From NCBI GenBank assembly GCA_030706745.1, contig JAUZNX010000014.1:9527-73526 (forward strand): a stretch of DNA of 64,000 bases, in the 5' to 3' direction. The notes under the pieces were generated by a model that searched no databases, was not told the origin of the DNA, and saw nothing but the letters and a program-made list of their open reading frames with translations. Both the position numbers and the translations under genes were made by a program. Positions 30,479 to 39,419 of this stretch are shown here, in pieces; the first letter of the stretch is position 1, and each line of letters begins with the position of its first letter. This DNA is from Bacteroidota bacterium. Its GTDB lineage: Bacteria > Bacteroidota > Ignavibacteria > Palsa-1295.

Positions 30479-33214
30479 ATGAACATGAAAGACTATACAA
30501 CGTTACGAATGAGAGGGGTATGCGCTATCGCATGCCTCTCCATTCTCTTCTACTTTAGTACGCAAGCCATTGGGCAATTGCGTCCGAATCTTGGCACAGC
30601 ATCGACCTACGCCATATTCACGGGCGGCGGAGCGATTAACGTCGCCACTGGCGACACAGCTGTTCTGACGGGCGATGTCGGTCAGGATGGCGCGTATGCC
30701 TTCAATGGGTTTCCTCCGAGTACTTATACCGGCACGTTGAATCAAAACAACAGCGCATCGGCACTCGCGAAACAAGATCTGATTAGCGCTCAGACGGCCG
30801 ACGGTCTCGTGGCCTGCGGTACGGTGCTCAGCACCACTGTCGTGGACGGACAATCGTTCGATCCTGGCGTCTATTGCTCTGGAGGTGCTACGACGACCGT
30901 CGGGAACATAACATTCAATGCGCATGGCGATGGGACCGCCATCTTTATCGTCAAGATCGGCGGTGCGTTGACCGCGCACTCGACCACGCATATCTTGCTG
31001 TCGAACAACGCGCGCGCGGCCAACATCTATTGGTTCGTCAATGGCCAGGTAACGGTAGCCGATAGCTCGAGCTTCACGGGGACGATTATCGCGAACGGCG
31101 CAATTTCGTTCGCTGGTAAGTCCTCACTCAATGGCAGGGCACTCGTTGCTCCCTTGGGCGCGATTAACTTAGCGGCAAACCACATGTCGATCTCGACCGA
31201 TACGGGTTCGACGGTGAACAATCTTACCGTTGTAAAACCCGCCTCGGGAGATTCAATCCTAAGAAACACGCTCAACGATACGATCCGTTGGACGGGAACA
31301 GGCATCGCACGGGTGAAGACGCTGCAATACTCACTCGACAGCGGGCGAACCTGGAGCACGATTGCTACCATCACGACCGATTCGTTGATGTATCTTTGGC
31401 ACGTTCCAGATACGACCTCGACGAAAGCAATGGTTCGCGTCACCGACACGAACAACTTAAGAGGTGAGAGCAGAATTTTTAAGATCATATCGAATCAGAT
31501 CACCGTCACCCATCCTGCGCTTGCGGAAGTGATCACGGGCGGTACACAAAACTACCAAGTAACCTGGACCGGCACGGGACTTACCAAAAAGAAGATCTTC
31601 GAATATTCGCTCGATAGCGGTCTGACATGGAAGACCATCGGCACCATCTCCGCTGATACATTCGCGTATCGCTGGAATGTTCCGGATACGGCCTCGAAGC
31701 GTGCGATGGTACGCATCACCGATTCGCTTGGGGTTACCGGCAAGAGTGGCCTCTTTACGATCGGATCGAGCAGAATCACCGTGCTGCATCCTGCTTCCGG
31801 AGAGATACTCGCAAGTGGAACACTGAATTACCAGATCACCTGGAGCGGCACGGGACTGACCGCTCGAAAGACGTTTGAGCTATCGCTCGATGGCGGCCTC
31901 ACGTGGAAATTGATCGGCACGCTAACGGCGGATGTGTTCAACTACTATTGGCGCGTTCCGGACACGGCATCGACAATGGCTGTGATTCGCATTACCGATT
32001 CAAATGGTATCTCAGGAAAGAGCAGCATATTTGCGATTCAATCCACCAAGACTCTCATAGTCGTCCGTCCCGTCGCTGGCGAGGTAGTCGCCTCGGGAAT
32101 GCAAGGATATCAGATTACTTGGGCCGGCAACGGACTCACGGCGCAGAAGTCGTTCGAGCTATCGCTCGATGGCGGACTGACCTGGGTATCGATTGGCAGC
32201 ATCTCGGCGGATGTCTTTACCTATTCCTGGAATGTTCCGGATACAGTCTCTTCACAGGCCGTAATCCGTATCACGAACAATAACGGCACAACGTCCGTCT
32301 CCGGTGTGAGCGGGGTCTTTTCGATCCGTCGCAATGTCGGTAGTATTGTCGTCACACATCCAGTTGCCGGAGAAGTCGTCGATGGCGGCTATGTGAACTT
32401 CCCGATTAACTTCACCGCGACGAACGTCACAGCACAAAAGACCTTCGAGTATTCACTCAATGGTGGTGCAACGTGGAGTTTGATTGGCATCATGAACTCG
32501 GACGGACAGAGCTACGCATGGGCGAGCGTGCCTAATGTCGCCACGACGCAAGCACTCGTTCGCATTCGGGATGCCAATGGCATCACCGGAATCAGTGGCC
32601 TCTTCACAATTTCCGTAAAACCGAATATTGGCACGATCAACGAAGTTATTTTGAGTGGGCTCGACAACGCACAAAACATCGGCAACCGTCGTCAGTTGGG
32701 AATTTCCTGGACCTATACGCCCGATATCGGGACATCCGTCGAGGTCGAATACTCGCTCGATTATATGGTCACCTGGAGCCACATTGCAACAGTACCGGTT
32801 ACGGAATCTCCGAACTCCACCGCATGGCTGACCACCGCGTCTGGATATTACAATCCAGTGTTCATTCGCGTCACCAGTTCACTGGGTATGACGAGACTTT
32901 CATCTGCATTCTCGATCGGATCGAGTGCTTCGGTCGCTTCCGAGGCTTCCAAGAATGGATACTCTGTTTCGAACTACCCCAACCCGGCCAGCAGCCAGAC
33001 GACGATCAAGTTGATCCTTCCGGTGCCCAGCGACGTCACGTTGACATTGCTTGACGCACTCGGAAGAGAAGTCGATATGATTGCTTCGGGGCATTTGGGT
33101 GCCGGTTCGGTTGAGATTCCTTTCATTACCGATAAGCTGCTCGCAGGCAACTACATCTATGTATTGCAGGCTGGAGCGACAAGACTCGTCGGTCATCTTA
33201 CTTTAATCAAGTGA
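30479..33214 (+). CDS. DUF3494 ice-binding protein with six Ig-like repeats and a T9SS sorting domain
   Basis: LGTASTYAIFTG..TGDVG..A..DL..PGVY..G...IFIVKIGGAL..L.N.A.AANIYW.V...F.GTIIA..AI....LNGRAL; six (Y/L)SL(D/N)xxxTW repeats; NYPNPA..DALGREV..GNY. Confidence 0.88.
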   Translation: MNMKDYTTLRMRGVCAIACLSILFYFSTQAIGQLRPNLGTASTYAIFTGGGAINVATGDTAVLTGDVGQDGAYAFNGFPPSTYTGTLNQNNSASALAKQDLISAQTADGLVACGTVLSTTVVDGQSFDPGVYCSGGATTTVGNITFNAHGDGTAIFIVKIGGALTAHSTTHILLSNNARAANIYWFVNGQVTVADSSSFTGTIIANGAISFAGKSSLNGRALVAPLGAINLAANHMSISTDTGSTVNNLTVVKPASGDSILRNTLNDTIRWTGTGIARVKTLQYSLDSGRTWSTIATITTDSLMYLWHVPDTTSTKAMVRVTDTNNLRGESRIFKIISNQITVTHPALAEVITGGTQNYQVTWTGTGLTKKKIFEYSLDSGLTWKTIGTISADTFAYRWNVPDTASKRAMVRITDSLGVTGKSGLFTIGSSRITVLHPASGEILASGTLNYQITWSGTGLTARKTFELSLDGGLTWKLIGTLTADVFNYYWRVPDTASTMAVIRITDSNGISGKSSIFAIQSTKTLIVVRPVAGEVVASGMQGYQITWAGNGLTAQKSFELSLDGGLTWVSIGSISADVFTYSWNVPDTVSSQAVIRITNNNGTTSVSGVSGVFSIRRNVGSIVVTHPVAGEVVDGGYVNFPINFTATNVTAQKTFEYSLNGGATWSLIGIMNSDGQSYAWASVPNVATTQALVRIRDANGITGISGLFTISVKPNIGTINEVILSGLDNAQNIGNRRQLGISWTYTPDIGTSVEVEYSLDYMVTWSHIATVPVTESPNSTAWLTTASGYYNPVFIRVTSSLGMTRLSSAFSIGSSASVASEASKNGYSVSNYPNPASSQTTIKLILPVPSDVTLTLLDALGREVDMIASGHLGAGSVEIPFITDKLLAGNYIYVLQAGATRLVGHLTLIK

Positions 33215-33358
33215 GCGCTTGCGAAGTGCAACAAGCATTATGAACGCCTATTAGGCGACGCATCACTACTTGTTGCTGTTATCCCGCTGCAGAAGGACTG
33301 GGAAGCTACTCTTCATCAGCCAGTCATAGTCGCCCGATAACCTCAACAGGATGATATC

Positions 33359-33387
33359 GAACGCTCCGCACACAACGCGGAGCGTTC
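33359..33387. terminator. GC-rich hairpin after the ice-binding protein gene
   Basis: GAACGCTCCGC-ACACAAC-GCGGAGCGTTC; no U-tract. Confidence 0.4.
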
Positions 33388-33492
33388 CCCGGTGATGGCA
33401 AGCCTGCGTTTTCAGAATACGTCTTCGGGCAGAGGTCCGGACAAACCAGTAACATTCGATTCATTATCTTACGCGCTTTGCCTCAGTATTTT

Positions 33493-34773
33493 ATGTCACC
33501 ATCATGGCAGGCTGCCCCGCTTCCAATTCTACCTGAAGGCAAACGCCACAGCCTCTTCACGATTGCGTTCAAGTTTTTCCCGACGACCTTCCTGGTCAAG
33601 GCGATCGGTATTACACTGACGTCTTCGCTGTTCATCTACAATTACCTACTAAATAATCACGTTGATTCCATCGTGACCCGCGCGCTGCTCACTGCGGCGA
33701 TTGTTGTGGCGGCTCCGACGATTGCGCTCTACCTCATCACCCTGGCGCGCGCCCCGCGAATCCGAAAACGCGAAGAACGTGAAGCGCTACACTTGCAACA
33801 CATCGCACATGGCGACTTAGAGGCCCTCCAGGCGAAGGAGCAAAAGGAGGCGAACGAGATCGTGCGACTCGAACAGGTCGCTTCCAGGGTCTTAAAGGCA
33901 AGTACGGTCAAGGACCAGAAGGAGAACGATCGGTGGGATTTGTTAAACGAATCCCTCCGCCTGCAGAAAGAAACGGTCGAGTTGGCGACAGAAGAAAGAC
34001 TTCTCGTTGCACAGCAGGTCAAAGAAATCAAAGAGGAAGGTGAAGTAATCCGGAAGGGATTGGTCTCGGATGATTTGGAAGCGCGGCACAAGAAGGACTT
34101 AAAAGAAGATAAGCGCTGGGATGTGCTCACCGAATCGCTCCGCATTCAACGGGAGACTGTGGAATTAGCATCAGAAGAGAGGCTTTTGGTTGCCCAGCAA
34201 GTTAAGGATGTCAAGGATGAGCGAGAGATTGTACGTATTGGCTTAGCCCTGGACGACCTGAAAGCCAGAGACGTGAAGGATCGCAAAGAAGACGAACGGT
34301 GGGAGTTGTTGAACGAGTCACTCCGGCTGCAGAAGAAGACTGTTGATTTGGCCTCGGAGGAGCGACTCCTTGTCGCCAAGCAGGTCAAAGACATCAAGGA
34401 CGAGGGCGAGGTCATGAGAAAGGGATTAGTGTCCGATGACTTGGAGGCCCGACACATCAAGGAGGAAAAAGAAGAGAAGCGTTGGAACGCGCTCTACGAA
34501 CGCCTGCGGATTCAGGACGAACGAAATGAGGAACGGGAACAACGGCAACTACGCCGAGATGAAGAACAGACTCGGATTCGGCATGAGGAAGAACTCAAGG
34601 ACAAATATCGAACGCTCTTCGACCGATACCTGAGAAATTCTTCGGGGGACACTTTGAATCGGGACGTTGCCGATGGGTTGGCGCCGATCCCGGACGATTG
34701 GCTCAACAAGCAGCCGGAAATACTCAAGAATCCGGCGCTGCTGCGATTACTTGATCCCTACAATGGACAGTAA
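33493..34773 (+). CDS. Membrane-anchored coiled-coil protein with 61-aa tandem repeats
   Basis: Two N-terminal hydrophobic segments; repeat Trp codons at 33934, 34117, 34300 and 34483 (183-nt period). Start uncertain (33478 or 33493). Confidence 0.75.
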   Translation: MSPSWQAAPLPILPEGKRHSLFTIAFKFFPTTFLVKAIGITLTSSLFIYNYLLNNHVDSIVTRALLTAAIVVAAPTIALYLITLARAPRIRKREEREALHLQHIAHGDLEALQAKEQKEANEIVRLEQVASRVLKASTVKDQKENDRWDLLNESLRLQKETVELATEERLLVAQQVKEIKEEGEVIRKGLVSDDLEARHKKDLKEDKRWDVLTESLRIQRETVELASEERLLVAQQVKDVKDEREIVRIGLALDDLKARDVKDRKEDERWELLNESLRLQKKTVDLASEERLLVAKQVKDIKDEGEVMRKGLVSDDLEARHIKEEKEEKRWNALYERLRIQDERNEEREQRQLRRDEEQTRIRHEEELKDKYRTLFDRYLRNSSGDTLNRDVADGLAPIPDDWLNKQPEILKNPALLRLLDPYNGQ

Positions 34774-34814
34774 CCCTCCTGTACATTTATACACGACAAT
34801 TTTAGACGCTAACA

Positions 34815-35288
34815 ATGATGCCGAACCCTCTGATTCTTATCCTGGCCGACGATGACAAAGACGATTGCCTCTTCTTCACAGACGCGTTAGGAGAGTTGCC
34901 GGTAACGGCGAACCTCACGACTGTGCATAATGGCGAGCAGCTCATGCAGCTTCTTGCCGATGAGACGGTCGCGCCTCCGCCCCCACACGTTCTGTTCCTC
35001 GATCTGAATATGCCCCGCAAGAATGGCTTTGAATGCCTGGCGGAGATCAAAAGCGACGAACGATTGAGGCAACTTCCCGTCATTATCTTTTCAACCTCAT
35101 TTGAGCAGGACGTCGTGAATTTGCTCTATAAGAAGGGTGCGCACTACTATATCCGAAAGCCAGCCGAATTTGCATTACTTAAAAAAGTAATTTATCAGGC
35201 GCTGCTTCTGGCAACGGAAAATACATCGTTGCAGCCGGCGCAAGAGCACTTTGTTCTCAAAGGAGATTCGGAGGCCGTTCAAATATGA
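34815..35288 (+). CDS. Single-domain response regulator
   Basis: LADDDKDD, FLDLNMPRKNG, IFSTS, YIRKP. Confidence 0.93.
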   Translation: MMPNPLILILADDDKDDCLFFTDALGELPVTANLTTVHNGEQLMQLLADETVAPPPPHVLFLDLNMPRKNGFECLAEIKSDERLRQLPVIIFSTSFEQDVVNLLYKKGAHYYIRKPAEFALLKKVIYQALLLATENTSLQPAQEHFVLKGDSEAVQI

Positions 35289-35830
35289 ATAAAACACCAA
35301 GTATGATGCTCACTACACAAGTTTCTGTTGCCAAGAGTGGCGCGTCGGCCATACCGGGGGCCGCGAACCGAAGTTCGATTCTTCTTGCCGATGACGACAG
35401 GGACGATTGCAACTTTTTTAAGGATGCGTTGGACGAACTGCCGGTAACAGCAGCCCTGACAACCGTGCGTGATGGCGAGCAACTCATGAAGGTACTTGCA
35501 GAAGTAGCCATCGCGCCGCCGTCGCCTTATGTGTTGTTTTTGGATCTTAACATGCCACGGAAGAATGGCTATGACTGTCTGGCGGAGATAAAGCTTGACG
35601 AACGATTACGGCGCATTCCGGTCATTATTTTTTCCACATCCTATGATCCGCGTGTCGTCGACTTGCTCTACACCGTGGGAGCCGACTATTACATTCGGAA
35701 ACCCGCCGACTTTGCGGAACTCAAGAAGGTCATTTATCAAGCGCTGGTGCTTGCGACAAAGGGATACTCTTCGCAGCCGCTGAAAGAGGATTTCGTTCTC
35801 AAGGGAGAATTAGGAACGATACAACAATGA
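35285..35830 (+). CDS. Single-domain response regulator (paralog of the previous gene)
   Basis: LADDDRDD, FLDLNMPRKNG, IFSTS, YIRKP; ATGA overlaps with both neighbours. Confidence 0.93.
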   Translation: MNKTPSMMLTTQVSVAKSGASAIPGAANRSSILLADDDRDDCNFFKDALDELPVTAALTTVRDGEQLMKVLAEVAIAPPSPYVLFLDLNMPRKNGYDCLAEIKLDERLRRIPVIIFSTSYDPRVVDLLYTVGADYYIRKPADFAELKKVIYQALVLATKGYSSQPLKEDFVLKGELGTIQQ

Positions 35831-37929
35831 ATACCGAACGACCAACCCAAACCGCGAACCGATTCCCCTCAGGCGATGCCGCCACCGCTGCAGTCACTTC
35901 GGCGGCTCTCGCATCCGCGGCCGTCGCCAAAGCCGCTGTTGCCACGGTAGAGATGGCTAAGTCCGCCGTTGCAAAAGCTGGTGTTGCCCAAGCAGCGGTC
36001 ACCGAAGCAGCAGTTACGACGATGGGCAACGGAGCCTTCCAACGTGATCGCTTCCGAAGCAAAAAGTCGGATAAGTTAATCATTGCGAACAAGGAGCTTG
36101 CGTTTCAGAATGATGAGAAGGAGAAGCGGGCGGCAGAGCTGATCATTGCAAACAAAGAGCTTGCATTCCAAAACAAGGAAAAGGCGAAACGGGCAGCCGA
36201 GTTGCGGATCGCGAACAAGGAGCTTGCATTCCAGAACGATGAAAAGGAAAAGCGTGCGGCCGAGTTGGGGATTGCGAACAAAGAGCTTGCCTATCAGGAT
36301 GAGGAGAAGGAGAAGCGAGCGGCCGAACTCAATATCGCGAACAAAGAGCTTGCCTTCCAAAATAAAGAGAAGGAGAAGCGGGCCGCCGAGCTGAGCATTG
36401 CGAACAAGGAACTCGCATTTCAGAACGATCAAAAGGAAAAACGCGCGGAAGAGCTCGTCGTTGCAAATAAGGAACTTGCTTACCAAAATCAGGTCAAGGA
36501 AAAACGAGCCGCAGAGTTAGTGGTTGCCAACGATGAGCTTGCATTCCAGAATAAGGAAAAGGAGAAGCGAGCCGCGGAACTCGCCATTGCCAATATTGAA
36601 CTCGCATTTCAAAATGACGAGAAGGAGAAGAGGGCAGCGGAATTAGGTGTTGCCAACCAGGAGCTCGCATTCCAAAATGAAGAGAAAGAAAAGCGAGCGG
36701 CTGAGTTACGGATTGCGAACAAGGAGCTCGCCTTCCAAAACAAAGAAAAGGAAAAGCGTGCGGCGGAATTGAGTATTGCGAATAAAGAGCTGGCGTTTCA
36801 AAACGATCAGAAGGAGAAGCGAGCCGGGGAGTTGGTAGTTGCGAATAAGGAACTCGCCGTACAAAATCAGGTGAAGGAAAAGCGCGCGGCAGAGCTCAAC
36901 GTCGCCAATATCGAGCTCGCCTTCCAAAACCATGAGAAGGAAAAACGGGCGGCAGAGCTTAATATTGCGAATATTGAGCTTGCCTACCAAAACGATGAAA
37001 AAGAAAAGCGGGCGGCGGAGCTAAGCGTTGCAAACGAGGAACTTGCTTTCCAGAACAATGAAAAGGAGAAGCGAGCGGAAGAGCTGAGCATAGCCAATAA
37101 GGAGCTGGCCTTTCAAAACGACGAGAAAGAAAAACGCGCGGCGGAGCTCATTGTCGCCAATAAGGAACTGGCCTTCCAAAACGACGAAAAAGAGAAGCGC
37201 GCCGAAGAATTGAGCATCGCAAACAAAGAGTTGCTGGCTTTTACATACGTGTCGAGCCATGACTTGCAGGAGCCGCTACGGAAGATACAGACCTTCGTGA
37301 GCCGGATCAGCGACAACGAGGATGCGAACCTTACTGATAAAGGTCGTGACTATTTCCACCGAATCCAAGAAGCCGCGAAGCGGATGCAAACCCTGATTGA
37401 AGACCTGCTTGCATTTTCTCGCGTCAATACAGCTGAACGAATATTCGTCAACACCGATCTTAACATTATTATCGAAGAAGTAAAGACCGAACTGAAGGAC
37501 ACCATAGATGAAAAGCGGGCGACCATTGATGTCACAGAAGTGTGCCCGGCTAATGTCATTCGGTTTCAGTTTCGTCAGTTGATGCTCAATCTCGTCGGCA
37601 ACGCGCTTAAATTCTCAGATCCTCAGATCCCACCCCACATCATTATCACGAGCAAGATTGAAACCGGCAGTCAGTTGAACAACGAGAAGCTCTCTTCTGA
37701 AAAACAATATTGTCACATCACAGTCACCGACAACGGGATCGGCTTTGAGCCCAAGTTCAACGATCGCATTTTTGAGGTATTCCAAAAACTTCACGACAAA
37801 GAAGAATATGCCGGTACCGGCATTGGGCTGGCTATTGTGAAGAAAATCGTTGAGAACCATAATGGGATCATCACCGCAACGAGCGAACTCAACAAGGGCG
37901 CGCGATTCGATATTTATATACCGGCATAA
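35827..37929 (+). CDS. Cytoplasmic histidine kinase with a 21-aa coiled-coil repeat array
   Basis: H-box SHDLQEPLRKI, N-box NLVGNALKF, DNGIGF, IFEVFQKL, GTGIGLAIVKKI; no TM, PAS or GAF domain seen. Confidence 0.93.
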   Translation: MNTERPTQTANRFPSGDAATAAVTSAALASAAVAKAAVATVEMAKSAVAKAGVAQAAVTEAAVTTMGNGAFQRDRFRSKKSDKLIIANKELAFQNDEKEKRAAELIIANKELAFQNKEKAKRAAELRIANKELAFQNDEKEKRAAELGIANKELAYQDEEKEKRAAELNIANKELAFQNKEKEKRAAELSIANKELAFQNDQKEKRAEELVVANKELAYQNQVKEKRAAELVVANDELAFQNKEKEKRAAELAIANIELAFQNDEKEKRAAELGVANQELAFQNEEKEKRAAELRIANKELAFQNKEKEKRAAELSIANKELAFQNDQKEKRAGELVVANKELAVQNQVKEKRAAELNVANIELAFQNHEKEKRAAELNIANIELAYQNDEKEKRAAELSVANEELAFQNNEKEKRAEELSIANKELAFQNDEKEKRAAELIVANKELAFQNDEKEKRAEELSIANKELLAFTYVSSHDLQEPLRKIQTFVSRISDNEDANLTDKGRDYFHRIQEAAKRMQTLIEDLLAFSRVNTAERIFVNTDLNIIIEEVKTELKDTIDEKRATIDVTEVCPANVIRFQFRQLMLNLVGNALKFSDPQIPPHIIITSKIETGSQLNNEKLSSEKQYCHITVTDNGIGFEPKFNDRIFEVFQKLHDKEEYAGTGIGLAIVKKIVENHNGIITATSELNKGARFDIYIPA
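36076..37233 (+). repeat. 18 in-frame 63-nt repeats encoding (I/V)ANKELAFQNxEKEKRAAELx
   Basis: 18 KRA(A/E/G)EL units counted in the translation. Confidence 0.95.
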
Positions 37930-37979
37930 TCCGTTGTCCCATCGGGGCCGGTGAGGGTCAGAGAGCGGAAGAGAGAGTA

Positions 37980-38297
37980 TTAACCCGCCACTTTCTCCTC
38001 AGCCTCTTCGCCTTCGTGGACAATATCGCCGGTGGTGAAGAGGATTCCCTGCATAATCTCCCGCCACTGGGGCGTGCGACGAAGCAAGAATTCGAGGTCC
38101 ATGCCGAAGTGCTTGAATTCCTCTTTCTGGGCATTCCGCATGATTGCTTTGGCAGTCGCGTCCGACTCCACCGAGATGCGTTGTTGGTACCAACCGATGG
38201 CCTCAGCTTCTTCGGTGAGCGAAGTGATCATGCGCGCGAATGTGCGCGTCTCTTTCGAAAGTTCGTTCGGCGGTTCGTGGTATTGGGTAGTGGCCAT
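37980..38297 (-). CDS. Encapsulin-associated ferritin-like protein (EncFtn/Flp family)
   Basis: YHEP..ELS, SL.EE.EAI.WY.QR, EE.KH..M.LE.L.R..P.W......LFT.G pattern. Confidence 0.8.
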   Translation of the reverse strand: MATTQYHEPPNELSKETRTFARMITSLTEEAEAIGWYQQRISVESDATAKAIMRNAQKEEFKHFGMDLEFLLRRTPQWREIMQGILFTTGDIVHEGEEAEEKVAG

Positions 38298-38549
38298 GAT
38301 TTTGGTAAAAGCGTGCAGTATGGTCACAATACAAATATTGGGCTAATCCCAACGAACGATCTCCGAAATCGCAAGCGAACTCGGGTTTGGTTGGAAGAAC
38401 ATGCCTTCGGCTCACGGAGAGCACTCCGCTATGCCCCGAGCGGGCATGTCAAATCCTGCACAATGATTTTACAAAAGTGAGAATCCCCGGAACATACGAT
38501 GCGAAGGGGCTTCAACTCTTTCTATATTAGAGAATCGCTCTCGATGCGC

Positions 38550-39374
38550 CTATGGCACCTTCGCGCCAATGACGGGCGACGGAGTTTGGTTGATTGCAGT
38601 AAGCACATACTGCTTGATGGCAGGATCGTAGTAGTCCCACCCTTCATAATAGGGCACGCCATACGCAACGACATATACTGAATCCCCAGACTGAAAGGTA
38701 GAGCCTAAGGGACTTACCATGTCCATTGGATACCCAAAAGTACTCTTAGCCGTATCGATATGACGCCCGTCAGGATCGTCATAGGTCGTATAATAATAGG
38801 CTGAATAGTGGCCCGGTACCGCCGATACGTCCGAAGTATGTGAAACATAGAGAACGACTGCGTCTTCCTTCTGGGGTCGCGCGGAATCCGGCAATATGTC
38901 TCCGGATGCGATGAGGTAACCGCCGCCAAGCCGATCGCTTACAGAGCGCAAGGTTACAACTTCATCAGAGTATTTGTACAGGATTGCGACGGTGTAGTCA
39001 CTATACCACTTGACGGTCGTTCCATCTGTATCCGTGACCACGATTGAAACCCATCGCACATCTCCATAACCAGGCTTAGAGAAGTGAGCCGTATACGTTC
39101 CGACTGGAACATTCCTGAATGTGAAGTAGCCACTGTCGTCAGTCACCGCGGAGAATGATGTTCCCTCGATCGTTGCAGTAACACCGCTAAACGGTGGAAG
39201 CTTTATACCCAATGCCTTTGCGAGGACGACCCGTCCGAGGATCGTTGCTGGCTTATGTGGTACAATGACAGGAGGATCGATTGGCGGCTGGGTACTGCTG
39301 CAGCCGGCCAAAACAAGAACTGCAGTAATGGTCAAGGCCCGCCGCCAAACACCAGATGTATGATTTCGACACAT
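38550..39374 (-). CDS. Lipoprotein with carboxypeptidase-regulatory-like domain
   Basis: Lipobox LAGC; AVTDDSGYFTFRNVPVGTYT.HFSKPGY. Confidence 0.8.
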   Translation of the reverse strand: MCRNHTSGVWRRALTITAVLVLAGCSSTQPPIDPPVIVPHKPATILGRVVLAKALGIKLPPFSGVTATIEGTSFSAVTDDSGYFTFRNVPVGTYTAHFSKPGYGDVRWVSIVVTDTDGTTVKWYSDYTVAILYKYSDEVVTLRSVSDRLGGGYLIASGDILPDSARPQKEDAVVLYVSHTSDVSAVPGHYSAYYYTTYDDPDGRHIDTAKSTFGYPMDMVSPLGSTFQSGDSVYVVAYGVPYYEGWDYYDPAIKQYVLTAINQTPSPVIGAKVP

Positions 39375-39419
39375 CGAACGCTCGCTAACTGCTAATTTTT
39401 ACCGACTGCAATTTGGACA

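Noticed and set aside
36076..37233. 63-nt periodic array as a CRISPR
   Set aside because: No unique spacers, variation is mostly synonymous, it is in frame within a kinase, and there are no cas genes.
21133..38550. tRNA-Glu as the integration site of the stress island
   Set aside because: A TPR gene separates them, the island lies on the tRNA 5' side, and I found no duplicated tRNA end or integrase.
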